From Chiloscyllium plagiosum (Eukaryota), in the NCBI RefSeq assembly GCF_004010195.1, contig NC_057714.1, forward strand, positions 61,219,868 through 61,283,867: a stretch of 64,000 nt of DNA, given 5' to 3'. Under the pieces are notes generated by a model. The model saw only the letters and a program-made list of their open reading frames with translations. It ran no database searches and had not been told where the DNA came from. Both the position numbers and the translations under genes were made by a program. Numbering within the stretch: position 1 is the first letter of the stretch; every line of letters begins with the position of its first letter. This document shows, piece by piece, positions 12,771 to 26,140 of this stretch.

Positions 12771-13034
12771 AACTAGGTGAAGTTGTGGACAATGCAAAAT
12801 ATTATTATTTAAACGAAAGTCTATTATGTCAAGTTAATAAATACTATTGATCATTAAATAATGAATGCTTGTATTTTGTGCGCTATAAACTAAATATCTA
12901 TGCACTAAGCTGCTAGTCATGTCTGGCTTGCAGGAATGTTTAATATATGTACATTTCAGTCCCAATCTCTAAAGTCTGAAGATTATTTATTCAGTAATTA
13001 TACTTAAGCACAAATGAATAAGCAGTCAGATATG

Positions 13035-13040
13035 TTTATT
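13035..13040 (-). promoter_or_regulatory. Candidate STK17A polyadenylation signal (alternatives at 12986 and 14504)
   Basis: TTTATT on + at the distal end of a repeat-free AT-rich block after the stop codon. Confidence 0.4.
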
Positions 13041-14912
13041 AAAGGAATATGTACATCTTTATGATAAAGATACAAAACTGCCTCACCCACAGCCCCTCAC
13101 TCCCCAACTATTACTGCAGGTAAAAGAATTGGCTAGCAATTGTTAAGTTTACAGTATACTTCTGAACACAAAGGTAACACTGTCAAAAGTTCAACTTAAA
13201 ATCAAAATCAATTAGAGAAAATTAGATTTTACTATATAATTATGAAAACATGGCTATGGCTACCTCAAACTTACCAGAAATAAATTTATCAAAAATACTG
13301 GTTAACATTTTAGATGCAGAAATAAGAAAAAAGATCTTTAGTAGCAAAAACTTGTTCTGTTAGTTGAGGTTGTATTTCATTTAGCACCATTTGCAGACAA
13401 ATTCTGGAGATTGGGTGACGTGGCAATGTATTCTGAAAATCTACTTCAAGGCTTGGAAGCAGCTTTGTATCACTTTCATCTATTATTACCCCATTAGCCC
13501 TTAAACGGCCAGTAATATTTGTTTTAACCGAAAGGTTAATATTTACATTAATTGTGCAGTAACTTATTGAGGGGTGGGGAAAGAAATCAAAGAAAATGGG
13601 TGCAATGTGAATTTAAGAAACAAGACTAAGATTACTTTTTAAAAAAACTTTACTTAGTAAAAATAATCATAATTAAAATATATGGCAATATTCAGGGATC
13701 CCTGAGTTTTTTTTAAAATGGAGATTTTATCTTGTGAAAATGTACATTTTTGTGCTGTAGAATTTTAAATTGGTGTGAAATACTGAATATAATAATCTGG
13801 CACAAACATAAGCTGCTGTCCAGAACTTAGTTCTGTTCTTTAGTAATTAAACTTGTTCTAATTCCTCAAGACCAGTGATTCTGTTGCTCGTTACAACATA
13901 ATGGTCTTCTATTCTGCTGACTGCACACTGATGTGGATAATTTTAAAAATGTATTTTTAAATGGATTCATAAATGTGTGTCGCTTTAATAGCTTTGTAAT
14001 TCATTAGAAAGCTAACAAATAGTTTACTGTTAACCAGATTACCATTAAAAAATGTACATTTAACAAATTAAATTTTGCAGTCCTGTGCATAATGAATACC
14101 ACATAAATTTCTAATCTGTAAGGCACCAATAGAGTAACATCTATCGCTGTCCATCATGCAGCAATTTTCCTGAATAAGTTCATCTCATCCTGGGAAATTT
14201 AAGCATTTGTTTCCATTCACAAAAATATTCAAACATTAAAAAATACATATACAAACAATATAATTATTCAAAAATGAAATCAATCAAGTTTAAGAAAAGT
14301 CAAAGAAACCAACCTTTGACTTGTCTAATTAATTCATACATGCTTAAAAAGAAAAGGAATGTAGCAAATAATTCTAGATAGCAACATAAATCCCAAATGT
14401 GTGTGTTATTTGTAACTATAGCTTGCTGTAATATTTTAGGGAACAGGTACTTTTAGAATTCAAACAAAACGTTGAAGTGCATTATTCACAAGAACTGCAT
14501 ATTTTTATTGCTGACAGTACAGCGGCTTAAAGGATCAATCTAGATCTAATTTTCTTCTCCCCCTACCAGTGTCCCCCCCCGCCACCAATTGTGCAAATAG
14601 AATGGATATTCCAATTAATGCTCTGCCAGTCATCTTTTGTGAAATAAGTATCAGCTCCGAATTATGTTCTGAAGGAACGCATTTCAGTTATCTCCAACCC
14701 TTTATACTCTCTGCTGAGCTTTACTTTGAACATTGCTAACATATTGTATCAGAAGCATGGCACAACAGTGCTTGGCCTTTAAGCATTAAAACAGTTTTTG
14801 TTTAGTTTTTGAGTATCTATAGTGAAACTGAAGCTCACAAAATAACTGTTTTGTCAGAGTCTGTCATTTAAAAGACTCTATTAAAATGTAGTGTGTATTT
14901 CCATAGCATAAG

Positions 14913-15210
14913 TCAATAGATAAACTCTCCTGAAATTTCCTGTAAGGTATTAAATGGTTCTTCAAATTTGAAGCGTTTGGAGATGGCTTTTTGGTCAGTT
15001 TTAATGTTTTCTTTCTCAGATTGTCTGCACTGTCCCAATGTGTATGATGCCATGACAATGAGCTCTTCTGTTTCTTGGTTTTGTGTTTCTGATTCTTCCA
15101 AAGCTTTAGATTCAAGGGCATTGGTTGAAGCTTCAGTGACAAATTCTGTTTCATCGCATTCAAAAGCCAACCATGGATGCCTGAGGCACTCCTCAGCTAA
15201 AGCTCGCTCT
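14913..15210 (-). CDS. STK17A: STK17A (DRAK1) last coding exon
   Basis: tttggcag|(E)[14 protein letters not shown]...[26 protein letters not shown]; C-terminus matches recalled STK17A KRFKFEEP...GEFIY. Confidence 0.92.
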
Positions 15211-16397
15211 CTGCCAAAGAAAAGCAGATAATATAAACAAAGGTAGAAAAATCAAAACTACTTGTAAATTCAATCATACTAAAGGCACTGCATGAGAAAA
15301 TGTAGTAGCATGGATCAACATCAGTTGACAGATACAAATTAGACTAGGAATGGGTTTGGAATGAACCATCACAAGAGGTTAGGGATCATTTGCATTTGAG
15401 CAAAAGGAACCTCAATCTTGAATGGTGCTAAACTTCCTATAAACATGAGCAATCAGTTAAGATTCCTTTAGGAGGAGAATAGGGTAACAATGGCAAAATA
15501 GACAACAGATACAAATATGGATATTTTGTTCGACATAAGAAATAGCACTAAGTTTGGAAAGAAAAATAAGGAATGAGAGAATCCACTCAGTGGAATGTAG
15601 AGAGATCAACCAGTTCGAATACATTATTTCCTGAAGAGCTTGATAAAACCACAATAAAAGTCAATAGCTTTTTATGTTTTATAATAAACAGTTACAAAAT
15701 TAAAGTAATAAATCTGTTTAAAAAAGCCATAATAAGATAAGTATACACGTTAGAGCATTATAGATAAGGCTATTAATGTCTTTGAGGGAATGGAACAAAG
15801 ATTAATCAGGATGAGGTTGAAGCTGAAACTAGTTTTGGTAGAAATTATTGGAGATATTTCCAGTGGAGCAGAGAAGCTTGAGTGAAGACTTAGTGGGGGA
15901 GAAAATTCTTGCTGGTGGATTCTCTAATTTATTCCTAGTACATGAGCTGCTAAGGCCAGTATTTGTTGGAATCCCTCAGTTACCTTTTGTGAAGCCAAGG
16001 GGATAAACCTATAAACAAAACAGTGATACTTGAAAGTGAAAGTACTGGTTGCATTGGAGATCCATTTTGAAGTTACAAGTCAGACCAATATGTTTGATTC
16101 ACAAGTTTTACTAGTTTTTCTTCTGAGAAGGTAGTCATGAATCACTGTCTTAAACTGTAGTCAGTCAGGTGTTGGTACACCCATAGTGCTCTTAGACAAG
16201 GAGGTCCAAGTTTTCAACCAGTGACAAGTGTTAATTTGCCATGGTCCATGAGGAGGCACAAGCATTTTTCCTTGTTAGGAAGAGACTAGTGGCTTTATAC
16301 ATTAAGGGACATGACAACATTAAAATGGGGAAAGCAAGGAGATAGATTGTCACAGCTGGTACAGAGATTGAACACATGCACCACACAGTTGATAAGA

Positions 16398-16554
16398 TTA
16401 AAAATCACACAACACCAAATTATAGTCCAACAGGTTTATTTGAAAGTACAAGCTTTGGGTGTGCTGCTAGCTGACTAAGGAGCAGTGCTCTTACTTCCAA
16501 ATAAACCTATAGCCTGGTGGGGTGTGATTTTAACCTTGTCCAGCACCTCCACTT
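16398..16554. mobile_element. Hairpin element, family C, decayed
   Basis: TSD CAGTTGATAAGA at 16386-16397 and 16555-16566; homologous to 26637-26847. Confidence 0.7.
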
Positions 16555-16789
16555 CAGTTGATAAGAGAACTGACCCAATTCAGTTACGGTGATGGAACAG
16601 CAAGGATTGCTCTCACGTGATTCCTTTTTTTTTAAGCTTTCATTAATAATAAAACACTTGCAATAGCTTCTCTTCCTTTCCTGCAGTGTTTTCTCTGGCA
16701 TGGCCATATCAATAGTTAGTTTCCAATTCTCATCTGTATTCTGCTCCTCCCTAATATTTAAAGTTGGTTAATTTTCAAACATACACTGA

Positions 16790-17760
16790 CCAAACTCAAC
16801 TCGATCGCATCATCTCTCCCGAATCACCACTGTTGGTAGATTAGCAGCCTGCTTACCCAACATCCAGTACTGCATGAGCAGAAAATTTCTCCAATTAAAT
16901 ACTGAAGCTATTGGTTTTGGTCTTCACTTCAAACTTCTCACTCTCATGACTGACTCTAAACTTTACCTTGAATGTTGACTGAGATTAAGATTAAGCTAGT
17001 TTGTCTACAAACTTCATGTCACATTTGAATGAGAGATGAGCTTCTGACCTCCCATTCCAAATATCACCAAGATGCCGATATCCACCTCTAACTTAATCTG
17101 ATTGATTGTCTCAGCTCACCTGAAACTCTTATCCTGCCTTTTATCTCTAAACTTGACTGTTCCAATACGCTAGATTAGAGTGGTGCTGGAAAAGCACAGC
17201 AGGTCAGGCAGCATCTGAGGAGCAGGAAAATCGACATTTTGAGCAAAAGTCCTTCATCCTGATGAAGGACTTTTGCCCAAAACGTCGATTTTCCTGCTCC
17301 TCAGATGCTGCCTGACCTGCTGTGCTTTTCCAGCACCACTCTGGTTTCCAGCATCTGCAGTCCTCACTTTTGCCTGTTCCAATGCACTGCTGGCTGATCT
17401 TCCACATTCTACCCATTCTAATTTTGGGGCCATCTAAAACTCATTGCCTGTGTTTAGCTGGCAGCAACTCATATTCCCCGATCTCCCCTGTGCTTGATCG
17501 GGAGCCAAGATAGTTGAACGAGTAAAGTGTTGGCATGAAAAAGCTTTTTCCTGTTTTCAAATCTTTCTCTGCCTGCACTCCTACATATTTCTCCAGCCCC
17601 AAAATCTGCAATGTCTGTGCTCTATTCCTGAACAGAATTACGCATTTTCCATTATAACTGCTGCACCAATGGTAGTGTTATCTTCAGTTACTTAGACCCA
17701 AGATTCTGAAATTTCTCACCTACCCTTCTCTGTCTCTTGAAAAATCAACTTCATTGTTCA
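16790..17760 (+). mobile_element. L2-like LINE 3' fragment interrupted by a hairpin element
   Basis: Degenerate ETLI.AF.S.LD.SNALLA.L motif split at 17157-17390. Confidence 0.6.
17172..17373. mobile_element. Hairpin element, family A
   Basis: About 82-bp inverted arms 17177-17258 and 17261-17342; CTGATGA at 17259; TSD CTGTTCCAAT at 17157 and 17374. Confidence 0.85.
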
Positions 17761-18177
17761 AATATTTGGATGTCTAACCTCATATCTTCTTAAGCCTTGT
17801 GCCAATTTAAATCCTTTGGTATCTGAGCAATTAATGCTTTGTGTGTGTGTTTTGGTTTTAATCTTAAATGAAAGGGTGATGATTATCAAGGGTATTGATT
17901 AATTCTTCAAACTAAGCTTCTGTGTGAGTCCAAATATCCAATATGTCAACACAAATACAGAAGCTAACCTGACTGCAATCATTGAAGAAAGAAGATCAGT
18001 AAACAAAAACATTGGCCCCAGAAGTCAAACTCAAACCCTTGGAGGTAAGAAAGTATTTTGATTCTAGGGATATTAAAAATAAACTTGTTATTTAATAATA
18101 ATGAAGGTAACAAATGAATCATTCCATTACAATATGAAGCCACAATATACCAAAATTGAATGCCTAGAAACACCACT

Positions 18178-19588
18178 TAGAATCATAGAGATATACAGCA
18201 TGGAAACAGACCCTTCGGTCCAATCCGTCCATGCCGACCTGATATTCCAACACAATCTAGTCCCACTGCCAGCACCCGGACCATATCCCTCTAAACCCTT
18301 CCTATTCATATACCCATCCAAATGCCTCTTAAATGTTGCAATTGTACCAGCCTCCCCCACTTCCTCTGGCAGCTCATTCCATACACGTACCACCCTCTGC
18401 GTGAAAACATTGCCCCTTATGTCTCTCATATCTTTCCCTCTCACCCTAAACCTATGCCTCTAGTTCAGGACTCCCCACCCCCAAAGGAAAATACTTTGCC
18501 TATTTACCCTATCCATGCCCCTCATAATTTTGTAAACCTCTAAGGTCACCCCTCATCCTTCGATGCTCCAGGGAAAACAGCCCCAGCCTGTTCAGCCTCT
18601 CCCTATAGCTCAAATCCTCCAACCCTGGCAACATCCTTGTAAATCTTTTCTGAACCCTTTCAGGTTTCACAACATCTTTCCGATAGGAAGGAGACCAGAA
18701 TTGCACACAATATTCCAACAGTGGCCTAACCAATATCCTGTACAGCCGCAACATGACCTCCTGACTCCTGTACTCCATACTCTGACTAATAAAGGAAAGC
18801 ACACCAAACGCCGCCTTTACTATCCTATCTACCTGCAACTCCACTTTCAAGGAGCTATGAATCTGTACTCCAAGGTCTCTTTGTTCAGCAACACTCCCTA
18901 GGACCTTACCATTAAGTGTATAAGTCCTGCTAAGATTTGCTTTCCCAAAATGCAGCACCTCGCATTTATCTGAATTAAACTCCATCTGCCACTCAAATGG
19001 CTAGTTCTCCCTGTATTCCATGAGATCTAACCTTGCTAATCAGTCTCCCATGGGGAACCTTGTTGAACACCTTACTGAAGTCCATATAAATCACATCTAC
19101 TGCTCTGCCCTCATCAATCCTCTTTGTTACTTCCTCAAACAACTCAATCAAGTTCATGAGACATGATTTCCCACGCACAAAGCCATGTTGACTATCCCTA
19201 ATCAGTCCTTGCCTTTCCAAGTACATGTACATCCTGTCCCTCAAGATTCCCTCCAACACCTTGCCGACCACCGACGTCAGGCTCACTGATCTATAGTTCC
19301 CTGGCTTGTCTTTACCACCCTTTTTAAACACTGGCACCACATTAGCCAACCTCCAGTCTTCCGGCACCTCACCTGTGACTATCGATGATACAAATATCTC
19401 AGCAAGAGGCCCAGCAATCACTTCTCGAACTTCCCACAGAGTTCTCGGGTACACCTGATCAGGTCCTGGGGATTTATCCACCTTTACCAGTTTCAAGACA
19501 TCCAACATTTCCTCCTCTGTAATATGGACATTTTTGCAAGATGTCACCATCTATTTCCCTACAGTCTATATCTTCCATATCTTCCACT
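18178..19588 (-). mobile_element. Young CR1 copy with internal deletion near 18993
   Basis: 185-aa and 158-aa RT ORFs; highly similar to 1-1541. Confidence 0.92.
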
Positions 19589-19747
19589 TAGAAAACTCAA
19601 GTATCAATTGATGGGAGAGAAAAAAAAAAATCAAAAAAAGAACAGACAGTGACAAAATAAATAAGGTGTATGAAAATACAGTCCTGTTGGATATCTTCCA
19701 ATAAACTAAATAAATTAATGAAGGAAAGATAAAAATCAGAAACTTAC

Positions 19748-19927
19748 TCAGGCTCCTTAACAAGCAACGTCTTGATGAAGTCTATGGCCTGTTTGGAGAT
19801 GTTCTCAAAATCATCTTCTGTAAAGCTGAGATTTAACTGGGAAATGTTGAGAAAAGTTTCTTGTTTGTTATCTCCCAGGAATGGAGAAATGCCTGTTAGC
19901 ATCACATACGCAAGGACACCTATACTC
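19748..19927 (-). CDS. STK17A: STK17A coding exon, 180 nt (kinase subdomains IX-XI)
   Basis: tttag|(W)[59 protein letters not shown]|gtaagt. Confidence 0.95.
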
Positions 19928-20013
19928 CTAAACAGAGGAAAGTCATTCTGAGAAGCAGTTCCAACAAATTCAATTACAATCATTTTAAAAGGTTACACTC
20001 GACATTAACTTAC

Positions 20014-20062
20014 CACATATCTGTTGCTGTGCTGATCGGCTCATAATTTAAAATTTCAGGAG
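20014..20062 (-). CDS. STK17A: STK17A coding exon, 49 nt
   Basis: tttcag|(A)PEILNYEPISTATDM(W)|gtaagt; phases fit both neighbours; not in the ORF track. Confidence 0.93.
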
Positions 20063-20964
20063 CTGAAAACAGAAGAAATAAATACATTTTTGGACATGAA
20101 TTTATTGGATGTCATTAAAAGCCAGGGTGCACTGAATGCACCAAATAACTTAGAGTCATACAGCATAGAAACAGACATGGTGGGCCAAAGAGCTGATGTC
20201 AACCAACAAGCACCAAACTGCACTGGCATTATTATGCTCTGGCATTTTATGTGCTCATCCAGATACTTTGTCATACATACAGCATAGAAACAGACCCTGT
20301 GGTCCAACCAATCCTTGCCAAACATGACCCCAAACTAAATTCATCTCACCTGCCTGCTCCTGGCCGATATCCCTCAAAACCCTTCCTATTTATGTATCTA
20401 TCCAAATGTCTTTTAAATGTTGTAACTGTACATGCATCCACCACTTCCTCGGGAAGTTTATTCCATATGCGAACTACCCTCAGTGTAAAAAAAACTTGAT
20501 ACCTACTGTCACCACTCTGTCAGGCAGCACATGCCAAATGTCTATCACCCTTTTGGTAAAAAGCAACTTTTTTCTCAGATCTCCTCTAAATCATTTGCTC
20601 CTCACCTTAAACTTACGCCCTCTGGTCTTAAGTTTAATATGGAAAAGATTCTCATGATTACTCTGTCTATATTTTTCATAATTGTATAGGTCAATCAGAT
20701 ACCTCCTCGGCCTCCTGTGCTCCAAGGAAGACAAATCCAGCCTATCCAGTCTCTCCTTATAACAGACTTTTTATCCCAGGCAACATCGTGATGAATCTCT
20801 TCTGCACCTTCTCCAGTGCAATCGTGCTTTTCTGGAGAGTATGAGGCAACCAGAACTACACACATTATTCCATCTGTGGCCTAACCAATGTTTTATACAG
20901 TTGTAACAAGATTTCCCTGCTCCTATATTCTACTTTCAGCTAATGAAGGCAAGCATCCACTATG

Positions 20965-21106
20965 ACAAAGTGAGGAGTGCAGATGCTGGAGATCAGAGCT
21001 GAAAATGGGCAGCAGGTCAGGCAGCATCTAAGGAGCAGGAGAATCGACGTTTCGGGCATGAGCCCTTCTTCAGGAATGCATGTGCTTTTCCAGCAACACA
21101 TTTTCA
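20965..21106 (-). mobile_element. Family A element with intact hammerhead core
   Basis: 16-bp TSD GCAAGCATCCACTATG at 20949-20964 and 21107-21122; minus strand reads CTGAAGA-A-GGGC tcat GCCC-GAAAC-GTC. Confidence 0.8.
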
Positions 21107-21800
21107 GCAAGCATCCACTATGCCTTCTTCACCACCCTGTCTACCCATGCTGACACCTTCAGGGATCTATGGACTTGTACACCAAGGTCCCTTTATTCCT
21201 CAGTATTCCCCAAGGACCTACCAATCATTTTGGATATCCTTCCCTTATTAGAATTCCCAAAATGCATCACCTCATACTTATCAAGACTAAATTCCATCTT
21301 CCATTGTTCTGCCCAATTTCAAGTTGTAGCCCGAGACCATCCTCCTCATTATCAACAACACCCCAATTTTCATGTTACTATTTATACCATCTCCATTCAC
21401 ATCCAAGTCATTAATGTGCATTACAAACAGAAAGGGCCCCAACACCGATCTCTGTGGTACACTGCTGGTCACAGACTTCCAATTACAAAAACAATCCTCT
21501 TCCATTAGATTTTGCCTCCTATTTGTAAACCAATTCTAGATCCAGTTTGCCGATTTGTCTTAGATGCAGTGAGCAGCTTTCCATGTAAACCGCATCAACT
21601 GTACTCTCCTCATCAATATATTTAGTCACTTCTTTTTCAAAAAAAACTCAATTAAAATAGTCATACAGGATCTCTCTCAAATCTATGCTGGTTATTCCTG
21701 ATTGATCCCTGCCTTTCCAAGTATTAATTAATTCTGTCCCTCAATTTTGTTCAATAATTTCCTACCACTGATGTTTGACTAACTGCTCTGTAATTACCTG

Positions 21801-21887
21801 CTGAAAATGTGTTTCTAGAAAAGCGCAGCAGGTCAGGCAGCATCCAAGGAGCAGGAGAATCGATGTTTCGGGCATGAGCCCTTCAGG
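21801..21887 (-). mobile_element. Family A single-arm fragment
   Basis: TSD AATTACCTG at 21792 and 21888; hammerhead core partly deleted. Confidence 0.7.
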
Positions 21888-21995
21888 AATTACCTGGCCC
21901 ATTCCTGCTTCCCTCCTTGAACAGAGAAACCACATTAGCTATCCTCCAGTCTTCTGGCACTTCACTTGTGGCCCGCAAAGTATTAAATATCTCAC

Positions 21996-22140
21996 ATTCT
22001 TAAGAACTAGTTCTAAAGAAGGGTCACTGGACCAGAAACATTAACTTTGCTTTCTCTCCACAGATACTTCCAGACCTGCTGAGTTTTTCGAGCAATTGTT
22101 TATTGTTTCTAATTTCCAGCATCTGCAGTTCTTTTGTTTT
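21996..22140 (+). mobile_element. Family B single-arm element
   Basis: ttctaaagaagggtcactggaccagaaacattaact followed by the family B tail. Confidence 0.65.
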
Positions 22141-23263
22141 TTTTTAAATTAGGTATCTCCACCAGGGCCCCAGAAATTTCTTCCTTTGCCTCCTAAAGCA
22201 GCTAGGGATACATCTCATCAGGGCCTGGGGATTTATGCACCTTTATGCCCATTGAAACATTTAATACTTCCTCCTTTATTAACCTTAACATGTTTCAGAA
22301 CTTCTCTACCCAAAAAGAAATCCCCGGCTGCAACATCTTTCTCCTCCATGAATATAGATGGTAAGTATTTATTTGAGCACCTCACCAACATTCACTAGCT
22401 CCATACACAGGTTGCCCCTTTGGTCTCACTTAGGCCCCACTCTTTCTCTGGTAATTCATTTACTCTTAGTATACTTAGAAAAAGCTTTGTAGTTTCCTTA
22501 ATCCTATCTGCCAAAGACATTTTGTGGCCCTTCTTTGCCTAATTTCTTTTTTAAGCAACTCTCTATACTCTGAACTTTTGAAGTGCCTCCCCTGTTTTTA
22601 ACACTGTACCTGACCTATGCTTCCCTCTTGTTCTTTATCAAACTCTCAATATCCCTTGACATCCAGTATTCGCTAGACATGCTGCCCTTCTCCTTCACTC
22701 TTCGAAGAACATGTTGGGCCTGAACTCTCACTATACTTTTGAAAGACTCCCACTTTCCAAATGTAGACTTCAACTGGGAGCAGCTGCTCCCAGTCTACGT
22801 TTGCCAGATCCTGTCTAATGACATTAAAATTGGCCTTCCGCCAATTTAGACTCTTCTCTATTCTTCGTTTCCATAACAACTTTGAAACTTAGAGTTACAG
22901 TCACTATCCCTAAATTGCTCACCCACCGAAACTCCTAACCACATGACCGGCTTCATTCCCAAGGATTAGGTCATGCATTGCCCCATCTCTACTAGGACTA
23001 TCTATGTACTGCAGAAAAACTCTCCTAGATGCATTTTAAGATTTCCACTCGAATTCTTTCATGCTAAGACAATTCCATTTAACTTTAGCAAAGTTAAAGT
23101 CCCCTATGACTACAACCCTGTTTCTCACACAACTTTGTGAGTTGCTCCTCTATCTCCCTCTGACTGTTGAGAGGCCTATTTTATATTTCCAGCTAACTAA
23201 TTGCCCTTTTTAAAAAAAAATTAAGCTCCATCCAAACGGCTTCCTTTGAAAAGCCTTCAAAAA

Positions 23264-23380
23264 CAGCTCAGTGGTTAGCACTGCTGCCTCACACCACCAG
23301 AGTTCTGGGTTTGATTCCAGCCTTGGGTGACTGTCTGTGTGGAGTTTGCACATTCTCCCTGTGTCTTCAGGGGTTTCCTC
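23264..23380 (+). mobile_element. HE1-like SINE 5' fragment
   Basis: CAGTGGTTAGCACTGCTGCCTCAC ... TGTGTGGAGTTTGCACATTCTCCC. Confidence 0.75.
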
Positions 23381-24089
23381 TTCTGCCAACTTTAAAACCT
23401 AAACAGCACAAGCAAAACCCACCCCTACTCCCCCAGCAAGCATATTGACACATTCCAGTTCATATGCGACCTGTTCAACTTGTACAAGCCTGCCTAATTC
23501 AGAACTGTTCTAATCATCCAAAAATCTAAAGCCCTCCCTCCTAGAACATCCCTTTAGCCACACATTCATCTGACCTATTTTCCCTTTCCTATACTAAGTA
23601 GTGCGTGGCACTGAAAGTAATCAGAATTTAGCAGTCTTTCTCTTTAACCTACCATCTAACTCTCGCAATTCCTGTTGCAGGACCTCATTTCTTTTTTTCA
23701 CTCATGTTGGCAATACTGACATATACCAAGATTGCTGGCTGTTTACCCTCCCCCTTCAGTATGTCCTGCAGCCGCTCGGAGACATCCCTGACCTTAGTAC
23801 AAGAGAGGCAACACACCATTCGAGAGTCTCATTTATTGCCACAGAACTGTCTGTCAATTCCCCTTACAATCAAGTTACCCTAACACTGAAGCTCCCTCAG
23901 TCTTTTTCCTCTCCTGCTGTGCAGCAGAGCCAATTGTACTGCCACAAACACGGCTGTTGCTGCTTTCCCCTCAGATCCAACCCCCCAAAAAAAACAATAT
24001 ATGTGTTTAACAGGGGTCTGAACTTCCTTCAATATTTCCTAGAAACTAATATTAGTCATATAGAATCAGTAGGAAAATGTCTACACATT

Positions 24090-24875
24090 AAGCAAGTCAG
24101 TCAGAAGGTAGGGATAACTCACAAATTTGAGATTCCCACAAGCAGTGGAGTTTAAACAGGTGCATCCCAATTTACAGCTGTCAGTTGGAATACAAGAGGG
24201 AGAAATGGGAGGTTATACATTTGGCAGGAAGAATAGAGGAGCTGAATATTATTTAAGTGAGAAAGATTGCTGACAGCTGCAGAGCAGAGGGGTTTAGGAG
24301 TCCTCATCCATGCATCACAAAAAGCTAGCATCCAAGTTCAATGGGTAATCAGAAAGACAAATGGAACATCAGCCTTTATTGCAAAGGGAGTGGAGTATTA
24401 TTATAGGAAGGTTTTGCAAAAACTATACAAACCATTTATCAGATCACAGCAGGAATATTGTGAACAGTTTTGGGCTCCTTGCCCAAGAAAGGATATACTG
24501 AAATTGGAGGCAACCAAAGTGGTTCACTAGGCTGATACCAGGGATGGACAGGCCGTTTTATACGGAAAGGAGTCGACTGGGCCCGTACTTGTGGAGATAT
24601 ACAAGAATGACAGGTGACTTCATTGAAACACTCTTAATGGACATTTATTAGAGAGGAGGAATTGTGAATCCCCTCAGAAGGCTCTTCAGGCAGAGTCATT
24701 AAGGATTTTCAAGGCTGGGATTGACATATTGTGAATCAGTCAGGGAATCTAGACTTATTATTAAAGGGTAGGAAAGTGAAGGTAACGATTATTAATTAGC
24801 CAAGATCTCATTGAATGGCAGAGCAGACTTGATAGGCTGAATGGCCCATTTCTACCTTGATGTTTTATAGTCTTC
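24090..24875 (+). mobile_element. Decayed CR1 3' region
   Basis: EQRGLGVLIH, EYCEQFWAP. Confidence 0.75.
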
Positions 24876-26140
24876 AAGTAGGGAGCCAGTTGTTGACGGG
24901 CATAGCAGTAGGTAACTTCATCCTGGAAACAAAGGTCAATTGGTAACTATCAGTAGGGTGACAATGTAAGGGGCACATAATTCTGATGAAAGGTATTTTG
25001 ATGTCGATGGAAATGGGGGTTGCTTGGGGCAGGGGAGTTTGAAAGTGGGTGGCGAGCAGGAGATTTGGAGGTTCAAGGTCTCAGTGGGTAGGGGTTTGGC
25101 TGGACCTCTATCATGGACTTGCTGTAATTTTTCTATTTGTTAAAAAAATAATATACTCCAGGTAACTGCAACTCCAGGTATCTCCCAGTCTGATGTACAG
25201 AGCTAAGGGTATGACTATGAAGTATGATCACATTAGAAAGATTTAATTGAAACTAAACAGATTGCACATAGGGAATGTGTGTTCCAGGCCACCAATGTTG
25301 AGAATAGGCCAGTTGATGGTGTAGCTGGAGCAATTACAAGTTTGAAGAAAAATTTAACATGGAATGGAACAAACAGAAATCATCAATTTGTGGTAATTAG
25401 CAAACCACAATATTCACAATTCTGGTATATTGAATAAAGAATCAATCCTACTTAAATATACTGGTAGTTTATTCCAGTGACAATTTAGTATCTATATATT
25501 AAAAAAAAAAGAGTTAAACATATGATGGTTACTCAAAGTAGTGCTGCTAACTTAAAATAAAACATGGTTTGTGTAAATGATGGGTTGCTAACATCTCAGT
25601 TAAATCGCTAACCGTGCCAGGTCAAGTCAAATTCGGCATACAGGCAATTTGGAGTTATCATTAAACTTGAACAGGATGATTTTAAGGATTTAAATCCTAG
25701 TCTTGACTCTTATTTAAGCCTTTTAAATCCACTAAGAGCCAAGCTGCAGATTGGAGTTAGTTCCAGCCTGGAAAGCACAACTCTCTGACTGGTCATCAAG
25801 CAGAGTTGAAAGCAGTAGAATAAAAATGTATCAACTGAGACCACAAGAGGACAAATGTTAAGAAAATCTAACTGTATTGAACAATAAAGTGGAGCAGAAA
25901 ATGCTCAGGAGGACGTAGACTGTGGAGTAGGCGTGTGTCAGATGTAATTTAATGCAGAGAATTGTAAAGTGATACATTTTAATAAGCAAAAGCAAAATAA
26001 GAGACAACATAAACTAAATGGTACAACTTTAAAAGGAGGTGCAGGAATAGAGCCACCAGCACAAAAGTACGCAGACAATTCTTTTAAAGTTGAAAAGGCT
26101 GCTAAAAATCTACATGGGATCATTGACTATTAATAGAAGT

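Larger units (their letters stand above)
20148..23990 (-). mobile_element. Cluster of decayed CR1 pieces (3' ends, RT, APE/ORF1 region) with nested insertions
   Basis: SVPQRSVLGPFLFVMHINDLD; LNWRKANFNVIRQDLANVDWEQLL. Confidence 0.75.

Noticed and set aside
17172-17373. Hairpin elements as DNA-transposon MITEs
   Set aside because: TSDs are long and variable (9-16 bp), arms are unequal with a one-sided tail, single-arm copies exist and hammerhead cores are present, which fits Penelope-type retro-insertion better
23601-24155. 184-aa ORF on +
   Set aside because: Antisense to decayed CR1 ORF1 sequence
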